Virus record (IMG/VR): IMGVR_UViG_3300035698_012970
Span: 1-64,000 of that record
Origin: a virus
Reading direction: 5' to 3' (one strand)
Length of the DNA stretch: 64,000 nt
Every line of letters starts with the position of its first letter. Position 1 is the stretch's first letter. Of the stretch, positions 19,737 through 29,940 are shown piece after piece. The position numbers were made by a program, and so were the translations under genes. The notes under the pieces were generated by a model. That model had not been told where the DNA came from, made no database searches, and saw only the letters and a program-made list of their open reading frames with translations.

Positions 19737-20858
19737 ATGTCAGAAGAAACTTTAAGTGTAAGAGGTAAATTTGGGTGGACAAATACTCAGTTTACAAAAG
19801 ATGGTTCAATAGCATGTACCGTAAGTGGTGGTGTTGGTCCATTTAAGATGAGGGTTTATGATTACCTCACTGGACAATATACAGATTGGATTAATCCAAT
19901 CGAAGGAAATCCAAATAAAATGATAAAGGAAGCATTAGAACGTGGTTATTACCACTTTGAAGTACTGGATGGGTTAGGAGAATTCCACCCATATCCAATG
20001 GGTCAAATAAATGCTAGACACATGCTAGAAATAGAAAAAAATGATGGTGGTAATGCAGTTTTAGCTCCAGTAGCAGCAGGAGACCCAGAAATTATTTATG
20101 ATTTCGTAGCATTCGAAGAAAGTGTGAATGAAGTAACGTTTGGAAAACTTGACGTTATGAAAAACAACGTACTTTATTACGAAAGTGGGTTTGAATATCC
20201 ATATAATGAAACTGGGTGTTACTATGCAGAATCAGAATTAAATAATATTACATTTGCTGATTGGAAGGTTCCAGAATTCACGGATTATATGTATATCTTA
20301 AATCAAATACCAACCCTTACTGATGCTGGTATAAGGGATTTCTTTGAGAATGTATTAGATATTAGCTATGAAGGATACGTAGAAAAGGGATATGTAATAG
20401 ACGGTATTTCTATTGATTCCAGATTAGTATTCTATAGTACATATGCCCAATATTGGCTGGATCTTTATAATCACAAAAAAAGATTCGTAGCAAGTACATG
20501 TGAATTGGAATTTTATAATGCGGCTCCAGAGCAAATGCTTGTTAAAAATTGTTATAATTCAACTACCGATCCAAATGATTTATGTCAAGCTAGACTTGTC
20601 AGAAGAACAGGTGTTATAAACCTAGAACATTATACATTCCTAGAAGGTTGGAATTATATTCATTTCCCTAGTGGTTTTGATATGACCCCAGAAGATTTAT
20701 TTGGAACAGACGGTAAAGTAGAATTTATCAAAACTGTTGGATCAGATCCAGTAGTTAAAGTTTGGTGGCCTCAGTATGGACTTAATACAATAGGTAAACT
20801 TGATGATAGTACTATGTATGCAGTCAAAGCTACAGAAAACTTTAGAGTATCTGTATAA
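19737..20858 (+). CDS. Beta-rich protein sharing a C-terminal GW/WPxY domain with the T9SS protein
   Basis: SprB-like N-terminus (DGSIACTVSGGVGPF); C-terminal LEGWNYIHFP...VWWPQYGLNTIG. Confidence 0.75.
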   Translation: MSEETLSVRGKFGWTNTQFTKDGSIACTVSGGVGPFKMRVYDYLTGQYTDWINPIEGNPNKMIKEALERGYYHFEVLDGLGEFHPYPMGQINARHMLEIEKNDGGNAVLAPVAAGDPEIIYDFVAFEESVNEVTFGKLDVMKNNVLYYESGFEYPYNETGCYYAESELNNITFADWKVPEFTDYMYILNQIPTLTDAGIRDFFENVLDISYEGYVEKGYVIDGISIDSRLVFYSTYAQYWLDLYNHKKRFVASTCELEFYNAAPEQMLVKNCYNSTTDPNDLCQARLVRRTGVINLEHYTFLEGWNYIHFPSGFDMTPEDLFGTDGKVEFIKTVGSDPVVKVWWPQYGLNTIGKLDDSTMYAVKATENFRVSV

Positions 20859-20878
20859 GGATAAACTAAACAAACTAG

Positions 20879-20902
20879 AAAGGATCCTAATTAGGATCCT
20901 TT
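20879..20902. terminator. Palindromic hairpin between convergent genes
   Basis: AAAGGATCCTAATTAGGATCCTTT perfect inverted repeat. Confidence 0.7.
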
Positions 20903-21882
20903 TCTGTGTTCATATGATTCTCAAAATCCAACCAGATTTTATCCTCGGGTGTACCATAAATATATGCATTAAAATCACTAAATAATGCTTTGAATAGCAT
21001 AATAGTTTTTCCAAGTTCCTTTCCACTAAGATGAGCATATTTTTCTATGATAATCTTACCATTAAACTTAGAAGCAATGATTTTTCTACGTTCTTCCTTC
21101 TTTCTAAATACTTTTAGCTTATCTAAAAATCCAGGAAATGTTTCATTGATTCTTGAATGATATTTACTTTTATCCTTCTCGAACACAACATTAGGTAATC
21201 CTTCCTTTGCGTTACAATATTCAAGGAACTGATTATACATCTTACGTTTCTTGTTCCTTTTCTTGTCAATGTGATTTAGATTTTCAAATCTAAAAATATC
21301 CATTGAGAAATACTTAGAAGCAATAACATAGTCAAAGATTTCTTCCATTGTATCAAACCCTTCCAACCATCTCTCGTAATCAAAACCAAGGAATGGAAGA
21401 ATTACTGAAGGATCTCTTGATAAATTAACATCACCAAGAAATTTTTCATTATCCATTCTATAGCGATAGTTTAATCCACCAAATCCGTATGAAAGATCAA
21501 ACTTATGTGCAAGCTTTCCCATTAAGTTACCAAGATCATTCCAAGAAAAGAAATTAAATGAGCTTTCCCAGTTTCTTGTTGGTGTCATGATAAAGTCAAT
21601 CTGTAGTTCTTTATAATCGAATGAGTGAACATTACCATTGAAGAAAATCTCATTTGGTTTAAAAACATCGATAATTTTTTCTCTAACTTGTCCTAGATTC
21701 CCATCATTCAAAATTAGAATGTCCATATCACCAAAAGATTCTTTTTCCCTGAATGCTTGTAGTACTCGTCCAGTCCAACCAATATTGGCTAGTATTCCTG
21801 TGATTTCTTCTACAAGTTCATTATATTCACCAACTTCATATCGTCTTGTTGGTGTATTCTTAAGTGCGCTTCCTCCAATCAT
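20887..21882 (-). CDS. Pol-beta-superfamily nucleotidyltransferase
   Basis: KESFGDMDIL and QIDF acidic triad. Confidence 0.7.
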   Translation of the reverse strand: MIGGSALKNTPTRRYEVGEYNELVEEITGILANIGWTGRVLQAFREKESFGDMDILILNDGNLGQVREKIIDVFKPNEIFFNGNVHSFDYKELQIDFIMTPTRNWESSFNFFSWNDLGNLMGKLAHKFDLSYGFGGLNYRYRMDNEKFLGDVNLSRDPSVILPFLGFDYERWLEGFDTMEEIFDYVIASKYFSMDIFRFENLNHIDKKRNKKRKMYNQFLEYCNAKEGLPNVVFEKDKSKYHSRINETFPGFLDKLKVFRKKEERRKIIASKFNGKIIIEKYAHLSGKELGKTIMLFKALFSDFNAYIYGTPEDKIWLDFENHMNTEKDPN

Positions 21883-21892
21883 AATTTCATTC

Positions 21893-22090
21893 TTAATATT
21901 CGTAATTCTTTCTATCGTATTGATCCTTACCCATTAGCCAACCCATGTATACTGAGGCATAAAGTATTTTTTCTTCCTCACTCCAAAATAAACCAGGTTT
22001 ATAATAATCTTCCCTAACTTTTTTTAGCGCCTCATGAAAATCAACATTAACTTTAGCTTCATTGTATAATCTTTTAACAGGTTCAGTCAT
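21893..22090 (-). CDS. Hypothetical protein
   Basis: Tiles array. Confidence 0.65.
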   Translation of the reverse strand: MTEPVKRLYNEAKVNVDFHEALKKVREDYYKPGLFWSEEEKILYASVYMGWLMGKDQYDRKNYEY

Positions 22091-22091
22091 G

Positions 22092-22421
22092 TTATTTATT
22101 TGCGTATTTTTTCATTCTCCACTCATTGAGCATTATTGTATCAGATTCTCTTCTCCAAGAAAATCCACTTCTGAATCCACTTTGCTCTCTATTGAGACCA
22201 ACCTTATCAACTAATTCCATTGCTTGTTTTCTTGAAATCGTTAGTTTGGTAGTAGTTATTGGTGAATCCTTACGAAGATATTTTATTAATCTAAAACTCC
22301 AATCAGTATCGGTTTTCCATTCTGTTATCCACCATAAGTGATTCCATTTACTAGCAACCAAATTAACATTAACCTCATTAATTCCTGTCGTTTTAAATTC
22401 ACCTACTACAATACTTTCCAT
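22092..22421 (-). CDS. Hypothetical protein
   Basis: Tiles array. Confidence 0.7.
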   Translation of the reverse strand: MESIVVGEFKTTGINEVNVNLVASKWNHLWWITEWKTDTDWSFRLIKYLRKDSPITTTKLTISRKQAMELVDKVGLNREQSGFRSGFSWRRESDTIMLNEWRMKKYANK

Positions 22422-22424
22422 ATC

Positions 22425-22712
22425 TTATCGCATTAAACTGGTTTTAAACTCTTCTGATGTACAAATTGAATGTTTTACATATAGATCCTCGTAATGCCAC
22501 CAACCTTCTACTCTATTATTCCAGATGATACCCAATGCTTTTGGTATATCTTTCTCTCTAACACAAGGATATACGTTATTTTGCTTTGTTTCAACACCTC
22601 CTAAATTAAGAGCACTCCTTTGTGTTGACATTTGTGATAAATCACCGCTGAGAAAAAACGTAAATTCTTCATTCTTTTCTCCTTTTATTGCTGATTCTAT
22701 TAAGTCTTTCAT
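22425..22712 (-). CDS. Hypothetical protein
   Basis: Tiles array. Confidence 0.7.
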   Translation of the reverse strand: MKDLIESAIKGEKNEEFTFFLSGDLSQMSTQRSALNLGGVETKQNNVYPCVREKDIPKALGIIWNNRVEGWWHYEDLYVKHSICTSEEFKTSLMR

Positions 22713-22718
22713 ATAAGA

Positions 22719-23096
22719 TTATTTAAAAGTTTTAATTGCTGTATCTAAATCAATATTGAATTGCTCCTCAGTTCTTGGAAAATAGTCCTCTTCTAGGAGC
22801 ATTTTAGTTATTTTAGCTTCTTTACTTTTCGCTTCGTTGTTTATATGACCTTCCATATCAGAAACCCTATATGTGAATTTCTCAACCTTGCATTCTGAAC
22901 TTTGGTATACACAAGTTACTTCCAACTCGAATAGATCTCCTTTTGTAGTATTAGGAGCATCCCAAGTTACAAAACTTGGGATAATTCTAATCGCTCTTCT
23001 TATGAATGTTTGGAAACAATAGAAAGGTTTCTCTGGTACAAGGATTTCCGTTTCTTTATCTAAGAATTTTTCGTATCTATAAGTTTTAATTTTCAT
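22719..23096 (-). CDS. Hypothetical protein
   Basis: Tiles array. Confidence 0.7.
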   Translation of the reverse strand: MKIKTYRYEKFLDKETEILVPEKPFYCFQTFIRRAIRIIPSFVTWDAPNTTKGDLFELEVTCVYQSSECKVEKFTYRVSDMEGHINNEAKSKEAKITKMLLEEDYFPRTEEQFNIDLDTAIKTFK

Positions 23097-23099
23097 AGC

Positions 23100-23495
23100 T
23101 TATATTGTTAAAAAAATATTTCGTAATTGTATCAATACTGACTTAATTTGTTTTGCATTATCAAAAACGTTACACCAACTTCCTACAGGTACAGACACAG
23201 TAAAAAGAGTTTTTGTGAAATAACTATCTACGAAGAATCTTGATCTACAAGGTTCTAGATTTTCTTCAAAGTCAGCATCTGATGTTAGTAAACCGCATAT
23301 CCAACTACCATTATCGTTACATTCTAATAATATATAAGGATGTCTAAATACTGGATGCATATATACGTCACCTTTTTTATGTTTGTCTGGTTTTTTTGTT
23401 GCAACCGATCCAGGTAGACATTCGATCCATTTAAACAATTGATCCTTAGTATATCCACCTTTTTTAACCTTATCTAATAATATTGATTTATCCAT
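23100..23495 (-). CDS. Hypothetical protein
   Basis: First gene after the promoter at 23520-23550. Confidence 0.7.
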   Translation of the reverse strand: MDKSILLDKVKKGGYTKDQLFKWIECLPGSVATKKPDKHKKGDVYMHPVFRHPYILLECNDNGSWICGLLTSDADFEENLEPCRSRFFVDSYFTKTLFTVSVPVGSWCNVFDNAKQIKSVLIQLRNIFLTI

Positions 23496-23519
23496 TAAGT
23501 CCTATTTTTAAATATGTCA

Positions 23520-23550
23520 CAAATATAATAAAAACTAACGATATAAAAAA
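23520..23550 (-). promoter_or_regulatory. Bacteroidota-type promoter (T-run/ATYACG ... TAnnTTTG)
   Basis: Minus strand TTTTTTATATCGTT-N-TATATTTG; same architecture at about 31751, 32667, 33590, 40706, 50604, 51687, 61042. Confidence 0.65.
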
Positions 23551-23618
23551 ATAATAAGAAAGTATATATAGATTGTTAGATGTCTAACAAATTAAAATTA
23601 TTAAAAAATTATTAAAAA

Positions 23619-26600
23619 ATGATGAAAAAATTATTAACAACATTAGTTATCCTAATGTTTTCATTGATGGCGTTCAGTCAAGTACAAGTAACAGTAACCT
23701 ATGGAGGTTGGGGGGAAGAAAGCCGTTGGGAGATCGTAGAGGCATTAACTGATAACATATTACTTAGTGGCGGTCCTCATGCGTCTGACTGTCAAACTCC
23801 TCATTGTTTTGATGCAAATTTTCCGTTCCCATCTGGAGAATATATCTTCAAAGCTTATGACACTTATGGCGATGGATGGATAGGATCAAACTGCACAGGA
23901 TCATTCGAAGTAACTCCGATAAATGGTATAGGAACCGGAGAAATATTCTTTTATCATGGACAATCTATACAAGCTACATTTAGTGTATATAGTTCAGTTC
24001 CGACTGATGTTGGAATCGTCGGTTTAATTTCACCTATTACTTTACCAGATCTAGGTATCGAATACCCAGTAATTTCAATACGAAATTATGGTACTGATAC
24101 TATAAATCTGATTGAATTGGATTATACTTATAACTCAAACATAGTTAGTGAACTATACTTTGGTATATTAGCACCTGGAGAAATAGTAGAACATACATTT
24201 GCTCAATCTATAGATATGACAGCAGCAGGTGATTATGAATTAACTTTCCATGCTAATATCTTAAACGATACATTACAAGTTCAGAATAATACTTTAAATG
24301 TAATTGTGACAAGTATTAATATGATAGAAAACTTTCCTTGGGTTGAGCCTTTTGATAGTTTTCCTATTCCTGGGTGGTTTGCCAATACTATATCTGTATG
24401 GGTGCCAAATGTAGGACAATCGCCAAGTAATACTTGGTTATCATACGCAAACACAGCTGTATTTGCTAATATGTATTTTTGGCCTAATGGATGGGCAGAT
24501 TATAGATCACCTCCAATATTATTAACAGAACATTCAACTTTATTATTTGATTGGTCAAGTGCATTTAGTCCATTAGGATTAGAAGATGCATTTGAGGTAC
24601 AAATATCGACAGACTTAGGTGTTACTTGGACAACATTATGGTATCGTCAAGGTATTGATTTACAATCAGAAGATGGCGGAACAAGTCAAGCTCCTGGAAC
24701 TTATGCTACAGAAAGTTTTGACCTTACACCTTATACTGGTGAAATTGTTTACATTAATTTTAAAGCAATTACTGGTCATGGTGCTAATATATATGTAGAT
24801 AATGTGTCGGTGTTACATAAAAACACACTTGATATAGAATTACTAGATATATACGCAAGTAATGAATGTGAATTAACAAATACTGAACATATTAATTTCT
24901 TAATTGATAATGATGGGTTACTACCTATCAATGAGTTTATGATCGTATACCAAGTTAATGGTACATCATATCTTGAGAATGTAAACGCAACAATATTACC
25001 AACAGATTCACCATTTGTATACACATCAACTAATGTATTTGATATGTCAATTGCTGGTGATTATATAATAAGTGCTAACCTTATTTTGGTTGGTGATAAT
25101 GAAGTAGATAATAAAGTTGAAACAATTCAAAGTATTTATACAATCGATACATTCCCGTTTACTGAAGATTTTGAATTAGGGTATACAAACTACTTTTACT
25201 TTGGTGAGAATAAACATTCAGAGGTTGAAGTCTTTCAGATTGATACAACATTAGCTCAAAGCTGGTATGAATTACAAGCGAACACATATTATAATGGTAA
25301 CGTTGGTCACTTCGTTAAGATGTCAGCACAAGATGCTGGTGCATTTGGTTGGGCTGGTAATACATATGAACTAGCTTGGTCTTCAGAGAAACGTATCTCT
25401 GAAATATATAGTTGTCCTATTGATGCAACATCATTAACAACACTAGAATTAAAGGTAGACTTAAAACAATTCTTTAAATATCATACATACTATACTTGGT
25501 TTAGAGTATTAGTTAATGATAGTGTAATTGGTGACCTTGGTGGTAATACAACGTACCAACCAGGAACTGAATACAGTGACGATCTTATACAGATCACATA
25601 TAATCTAAACGAACATGCTGGAACAGTATTTAATCTTAAATTTCAAGCTGTAAATAAGTATGACGAGGACATATACCCAATGGGTAATATGACAACAATA
25701 GATAATATCACACTACAAGAGGTACCATTAGTAACTCAAGAACTTGATCTTAAAACGGGTTGGGGAATGATGTCAACCTACATTGAACCATTAGAACCTA
25801 GTTTTGATACCCTATTTGCAAATACAGCATCTGATATAATGTTAATCAAAGATGATAATGGTATGGTTTATTGGCCATTATATAGTTTAAATATGATTGG
25901 TGATATTAGTATATTTGAAGGTTATCAAATAAAAACATATCATCAAATGATGTATGATATGGTAGGTTATGCTGCTATCCCAGAAGAAAATGAATTTACA
26001 ATTCCTTCAGGTTGGAGTATTATACCTTATATGAGAGATAATCCTGGTGCTGTTGATTTAGTATTAGCATCAATCACAAATGATATTATATTAGTTGGTG
26101 ATGAGAATGGAATGGTTTATTGGCCATATTATGGTGTTAACCAAGTTGGTAATATGCTTGATGGTGAAGGATATAAGATGAATACATTAAATTCAATTAC
26201 GTTTACATTCCCATCAAATACAGACCCAGTGATTCTTGCTGGTTCAGGTAGTAATAAAACAGTAGTGAAGGATATGGTGAACTATGATAAAGTTGAACCG
26301 ACTAGCAGTAATATGTATATCGCTATTGAATCTGATAAAATGCATTATGGTGATGAATTAGCGGTGTATTCAAACGATAAATTAATTGGTAGTACTGTTG
26401 TTCAGAAAAATGGTGTGGGTATTATAACAGTGTGGGGTAACGATGCTGATATAAATGACCAGAAAGTAGCAAATGAAGGCGAAATTTACACGATAGAGCT
26501 ATTCAGTTATGATGATGGTGCAACAAGTAAACTATCAAATTTGGTCTTTAAAATAGGTTCTGATGTATATGAAACAAATTCAATTGTAATCATTACAGAT

Positions 26601-26873
26601 TTTTCAATTGAATTCGAAGCCAAACTATATCAAAGCTACCCAAACCCAACAAATGGTTTAACAACAGTTAAGTTTAGTATAACAAATAAAGACTTTGTTG
26701 TTATACAACTTTATGATAATTTAGGTAAAAATGTTTATACAATAGCACATGGCATGTATACTGAAGGTACACATACTATTGACATTAATATCTCATCACT
26801 TAAGCCTGGAAATTATCATTATATTATGACAACTCCTAGCGTTAAGTTACAGAAACAATTAACAATCATATGA
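23619..26873 (+). CDS. Secreted multi-domain protein with T9SS type A C-terminal sorting domain
   Basis: Signal peptide ending AFS-Q; CARDB/cleaved-adhesin-like beta domains; C-terminal YPNP...IQLYDNLGK...LKPGNY...KQLTII. Confidence 0.85.
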   Translation: MMKKLLTTLVILMFSLMAFSQVQVTVTYGGWGEESRWEIVEALTDNILLSGGPHASDCQTPHCFDANFPFPSGEYIFKAYDTYGDGWIGSNCTGSFEVTPINGIGTGEIFFYHGQSIQATFSVYSSVPTDVGIVGLISPITLPDLGIEYPVISIRNYGTDTINLIELDYTYNSNIVSELYFGILAPGEIVEHTFAQSIDMTAAGDYELTFHANILNDTLQVQNNTLNVIVTSINMIENFPWVEPFDSFPIPGWFANTISVWVPNVGQSPSNTWLSYANTAVFANMYFWPNGWADYRSPPILLTEHSTLLFDWSSAFSPLGLEDAFEVQISTDLGVTWTTLWYRQGIDLQSEDGGTSQAPGTYATESFDLTPYTGEIVYINFKAITGHGANIYVDNVSVLHKNTLDIELLDIYASNECELTNTEHINFLIDNDGLLPINEFMIVYQVNGTSYLENVNATILPTDSPFVYTSTNVFDMSIAGDYIISANLILVGDNEVDNKVETIQSIYTIDTFPFTEDFELGYTNYFYFGENKHSEVEVFQIDTTLAQSWYELQANTYYNGNVGHFVKMSAQDAGAFGWAGNTYELAWSSEKRISEIYSCPIDATSLTTLELKVDLKQFFKYHTYYTWFRVLVNDSVIGDLGGNTTYQPGTEYSDDLIQITYNLNEHAGTVFNLKFQAVNKYDEDIYPMGNMTTIDNITLQEVPLVTQELDLKTGWGMMSTYIEPLEPSFDTLFANTASDIMLIKDDNGMVYWPLYSLNMIGDISIFEGYQIKTYHQMMYDMVGYAAIPEENEFTIPSGWSIIPYMRDNPGAVDLVLASITNDIILVGDENGMVYWPYYGVNQVGNMLDGEGYKMNTLNSITFTFPSNTDPVILAGSGSNKTVVKDMVNYDKVEPTSSNMYIAIESDKMHYGDELAVYSNDKLIGSTVVQKNGVGIITVWGNDADINDQKVANEGEIYTIELFSYDDGATSKLSNLVFKIGSDVYETNSIVIITDFSIEFEAKLYQSYPNPTNGLTTVKFSITNKDFVVIQLYDNLGKNVYTIAHGMYTEGTHTIDINISSLKPGNYHYIMTTPSVKLQKQLTII

Positions 26874-26931
26874 TAGGAAGGGGATAGTGAAACCGAAGCG
26901 TTTAACTATTCTATGGTCTAACATATAGCAA

Positions 26932-26964
26932 TAAAAAAGGTGAGATTAACGTCTCACCTTTTTT
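26932..26964. terminator. Bidirectional intrinsic terminator
   Basis: AAAAAAGGTGAGA-ttaacg-TCTCACCTTTTTT between convergent units. Confidence 0.85.
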
Positions 26965-27139
26965 ATTCAGTATATTTACTTATCTAGTTTTCACCTTTCG
27001 TTTTTCTTTCTTCCTTAGCGATATTCATTGCTTTATATGCACCTTTCTTAGTTCTATGTAAGCTCATTGTTGCATATGCGCTTTCATAAATACAAGTTGT
27101 ATATAGAAATTCAAAAATCTCAGTTTTCTCCGTCATAAA

Positions 27140-27805
27140 TTATTTATCGTCTTCTTCAGTTTTAATAAAGATCTTATCAAACTTATAAGCCAAATGCTCA
27201 TATAAAGGTTTTCCAGTATAAGAGAATCTAGTTAATAAAATTCTAAATTCATAGGCATCAAAAATAGTATATGTAAAACCATCCCTGTAATTACCGTTTG
27301 AAGATTCTAGTAACTCATCCCACTTAACACCTCTTGCTTCAAAATCCTCGTCACTAACGCCTTCCGGTGTATCAGTTTGATTCTGATAATGGTAATCCTC
27401 AAGTTCTAAGGTTTCCACTATTTTATCAATGATCGTATATTGGTTTCTTTCATTAGTAAAGAATTTAATATACCAATAATCAGCATCATAAAAGATCGAA
27501 CAAGATAAATATGCACTAATATTAATCTTTGATGTTGAGGTTTGATTTTTTTCAAGCATTGATTCAATCCAAAAATCATCTACGTTACCTTTTTTATGTT
27601 CATCAATTGTATATTGAGCCATTGAATTCTTAGGATTATCACTAAGATCTTTTAACGCTTTTGCAATACTCATTGAATGAACTAAGCGTAGATATGATTC
27701 GTCATTAGCTATGACTTCTATTGCGATTTCCTTGCATTTTTTTAATAATGCTAGAATATCTCTATCCTTTTTAATTCGGTATGCACTATAGATTTTTGTA
27801 CTCAT
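27140..27805 (-). CDS. Hypothetical protein
   Basis: 221-aa ORF with DYHYQNQTD motif. Confidence 0.75.
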   Translation of the reverse strand: MSTKIYSAYRIKKDRDILALLKKCKEIAIEVIANDESYLRLVHSMSIAKALKDLSDNPKNSMAQYTIDEHKKGNVDDFWIESMLEKNQTSTSKINISAYLSCSIFYDADYWYIKFFTNERNQYTIIDKIVETLELEDYHYQNQTDTPEGVSDEDFEARGVKWDELLESSNGNYRDGFTYTIFDAYEFRILLTRFSYTGKPLYEHLAYKFDKIFIKTEEDDK

Positions 27806-28287
27806 TTATTATAATTTACGATTGTTACTCTACAATCTTTTAGCTCGTATTTTATAATGTTTTCGATTTTTGTCCAGTTTCCACCGGCCAAACCTGCACC
27901 AATTCTAGGTAATCCAATGTGTTTACCCTTAAATTCTACATTCATTTTTCTCATACAAAGAATAAGAGCTTCATAATCGATCGGTGAGATGTTATTATTT
28001 CGCTTATAATCATATTGAGTATAAGCATTAACTACATAAAAAATTCCACCCTCATGAGTATAGCCACTTCCATAGTCGATACACCCAAGTTTAAAAATTG
28101 ATGGCCCACTTTTTTCCATTGGGTATTCGTCACAACCAAAAGCTTTAGCCATTTGTGGTGCAAGGCCTTTACCCATTCTGGATAAACAATTGCATCCATG
28201 TACAATCACATCGAACTCACCATTTAAGGCGAGTTCGATTAGGTTTCCTGTTATAGTTGAAAAATTCAGCATTTTTTTAATTATCAT
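27802..28287 (-). CDS. Macro domain (ADP-ribose processing) protein
   Basis: GNL, IVHGCNC..MGKGLA, NAYTQ, LPRIGAGLAGGNW. Confidence 0.9.
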   Translation of the reverse strand: MIIKKMLNFSTITGNLIELALNGEFDVIVHGCNCLSRMGKGLAPQMAKAFGCDEYPMEKSGPSIFKLGCIDYGSGYTHEGGIFYVVNAYTQYDYKRNNNISPIDYEALILCMRKMNVEFKGKHIGLPRIGAGLAGGNWTKIENIIKYELKDCRVTIVNYNK

Positions 28288-28568
28288 AGTTCCACGTATC
28301 TATTCTCTAAAAATTTCTTACTATAAACTCCAAGAACATGCTGATTCTCGTTATCAAGAATTACATACTCACCTGTGTTAACATATAATTCACGGCTTCC
28401 ACTACCCATATTATTGGTAATACACATGCAACTTTCGTCATATTGGGTTAAAGCAACTGAAAGATCTCCATTATAACCTTCTATGGCTTTTTTGATCTCG
28501 TCTAACATAGATATAGATCCATCCCATACCCATACTAAAGTTTCTTCTTTTCTTCTGTATTTTTTCAT
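28284..28568 (-). CDS. Hypothetical protein
   Basis: Tiles array. Confidence 0.7.
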   Translation of the reverse strand: MKKYRRKEETLVWVWDGSISMLDEIKKAIEGYNGDLSVALTQYDESCMCITNNMGSGSRELYVNTGEYVILDNENQHVLGVYSKKFLENRYVEL

Positions 28569-29938
28569 TAGTGGTCGTGTATTTCATTAGTTGAAACCCA
28601 CATATTAAGACCAAATGAGATAAACAAAGCCAATATGTAAACTAAGACAATGTGCCATGTCTTAGGACTTGTTTTTACATAAGAGAATTCTTCGATGAAT
28701 TGTCTACGTTCAAATCGATGTAGGTTCTTTCCAAGATAATCAGCGTATGCTTGCCAAGTCTTATCAGTCAATATAGGAGTTTTAGATTTGGTTACCTTCT
28801 TAATTTCTTGACCGCCAAGTGGAATAGGTATAATACCTTTAAGATCTACCTTAACTCCTGTTTGTGCTGTTATATCAGCTAATACTTCATCAGGCATAAC
28901 AATTGGTGTAATTTTCCTTCCATCAGTTGTTTCTAATGTATACTGATACATTTCTAATACCTTAGATGCGGCTTCAGCAGTTAATGCTCCAGACATTGCC
29001 CATGAGAATGAATGTGCCCATTGGATTTCGTTACCTTTCTTACCGATACAAACAACCAATTCATTTTGGTTACCTTTGACCCAATAGTTTTCTTGGTATT
29101 TAGCTATTAAAGGATCTTTATCCTCGAATACTAATATCCACAATCTTAAATGTTTACTTACACCAAATTTAGCATTTAGATTTCTAAATATTTCTTGAGT
29201 CTCGTGTGATACTTTCGCACCAAGTATTGTAGGACAGTTATACTTATCAATCCTGTACTCATATTCAAATAGACCCATACTGTCCGCTTCTTCTTCAGTT
29301 ACGACTGGTATATTAAAAACCGATAAGTCAGAAGCTTTTACACGATTTTCATATCGATGTTCAGTAAAAACTCCTTTTCTACTTTTTTCTACTTTTGGCC
29401 AGGTTGTCTTAAATACTCTGGATGTTGGACCTACCCGGGAATTTTGAAACTTAGTACCAGATGAATACACTGCACCATCTCTTGTTGAGTGATTTTTTCT
29501 AGTCTTAGTAACTTTTTTACCAGTTCCATAAATACCTACTAATGAATCATGTAGATGTTCATTCATACCATATCTATTACCTAAGTCTGTAATACAATAC
29601 CAACTAGGTCCGTGGTCATCTTGGTAGGAGCAGTCATAGTAACGAGTACAGTATGTAGTATTACCATCACCATCAGTTCCACACGCATAACTTTCGCTAC
29701 ACGTTTCACTAATCCACTCATTCCAAGGTTCTTCTTCATGAACAGAAACTATAGATTCACCCCAATATTCTGTGAATTTTACAGATGCATTGTCCATGAT
29801 TGCCTTTGCTCCGATGATCAGTAACAAAGTAACAACTAGTGGGACTCCAAATTCCCACCACTTATACTCCTTTGGATTTCTTAGATAGAAAACCAAGGTT
29901 ACTATCAAAACTACTATTAATGCTCCAAATATGATCAT
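28568..29938 (-). CDS. Membrane protein with Cys-rich extracytoplasmic domain
   Basis: Two N-terminal TMs, CSESYAC...CTRYYDC, C-terminal TM. Confidence 0.8.
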   Translation of the reverse strand: MIIFGALIVVLIVTLVFYLRNPKEYKWWEFGVPLVVTLLLIIGAKAIMDNASVKFTEYWGESIVSVHEEEPWNEWISETCSESYACGTDGDGNTTYCTRYYDCSYQDDHGPSWYCITDLGNRYGMNEHLHDSLVGIYGTGKKVTKTRKNHSTRDGAVYSSGTKFQNSRVGPTSRVFKTTWPKVEKSRKGVFTEHRYENRVKASDLSVFNIPVVTEEEADSMGLFEYEYRIDKYNCPTILGAKVSHETQEIFRNLNAKFGVSKHLRLWILVFEDKDPLIAKYQENYWVKGNQNELVVCIGKKGNEIQWAHSFSWAMSGALTAEAASKVLEMYQYTLETTDGRKITPIVMPDEVLADITAQTGVKVDLKGIIPIPLGGQEIKKVTKSKTPILTDKTWQAYADYLGKNLHRFERRQFIEEFSYVKTSPKTWHIVLVYILALFISFGLNMWVSTNEIHDH

Positions 29939-29940
29939 AA

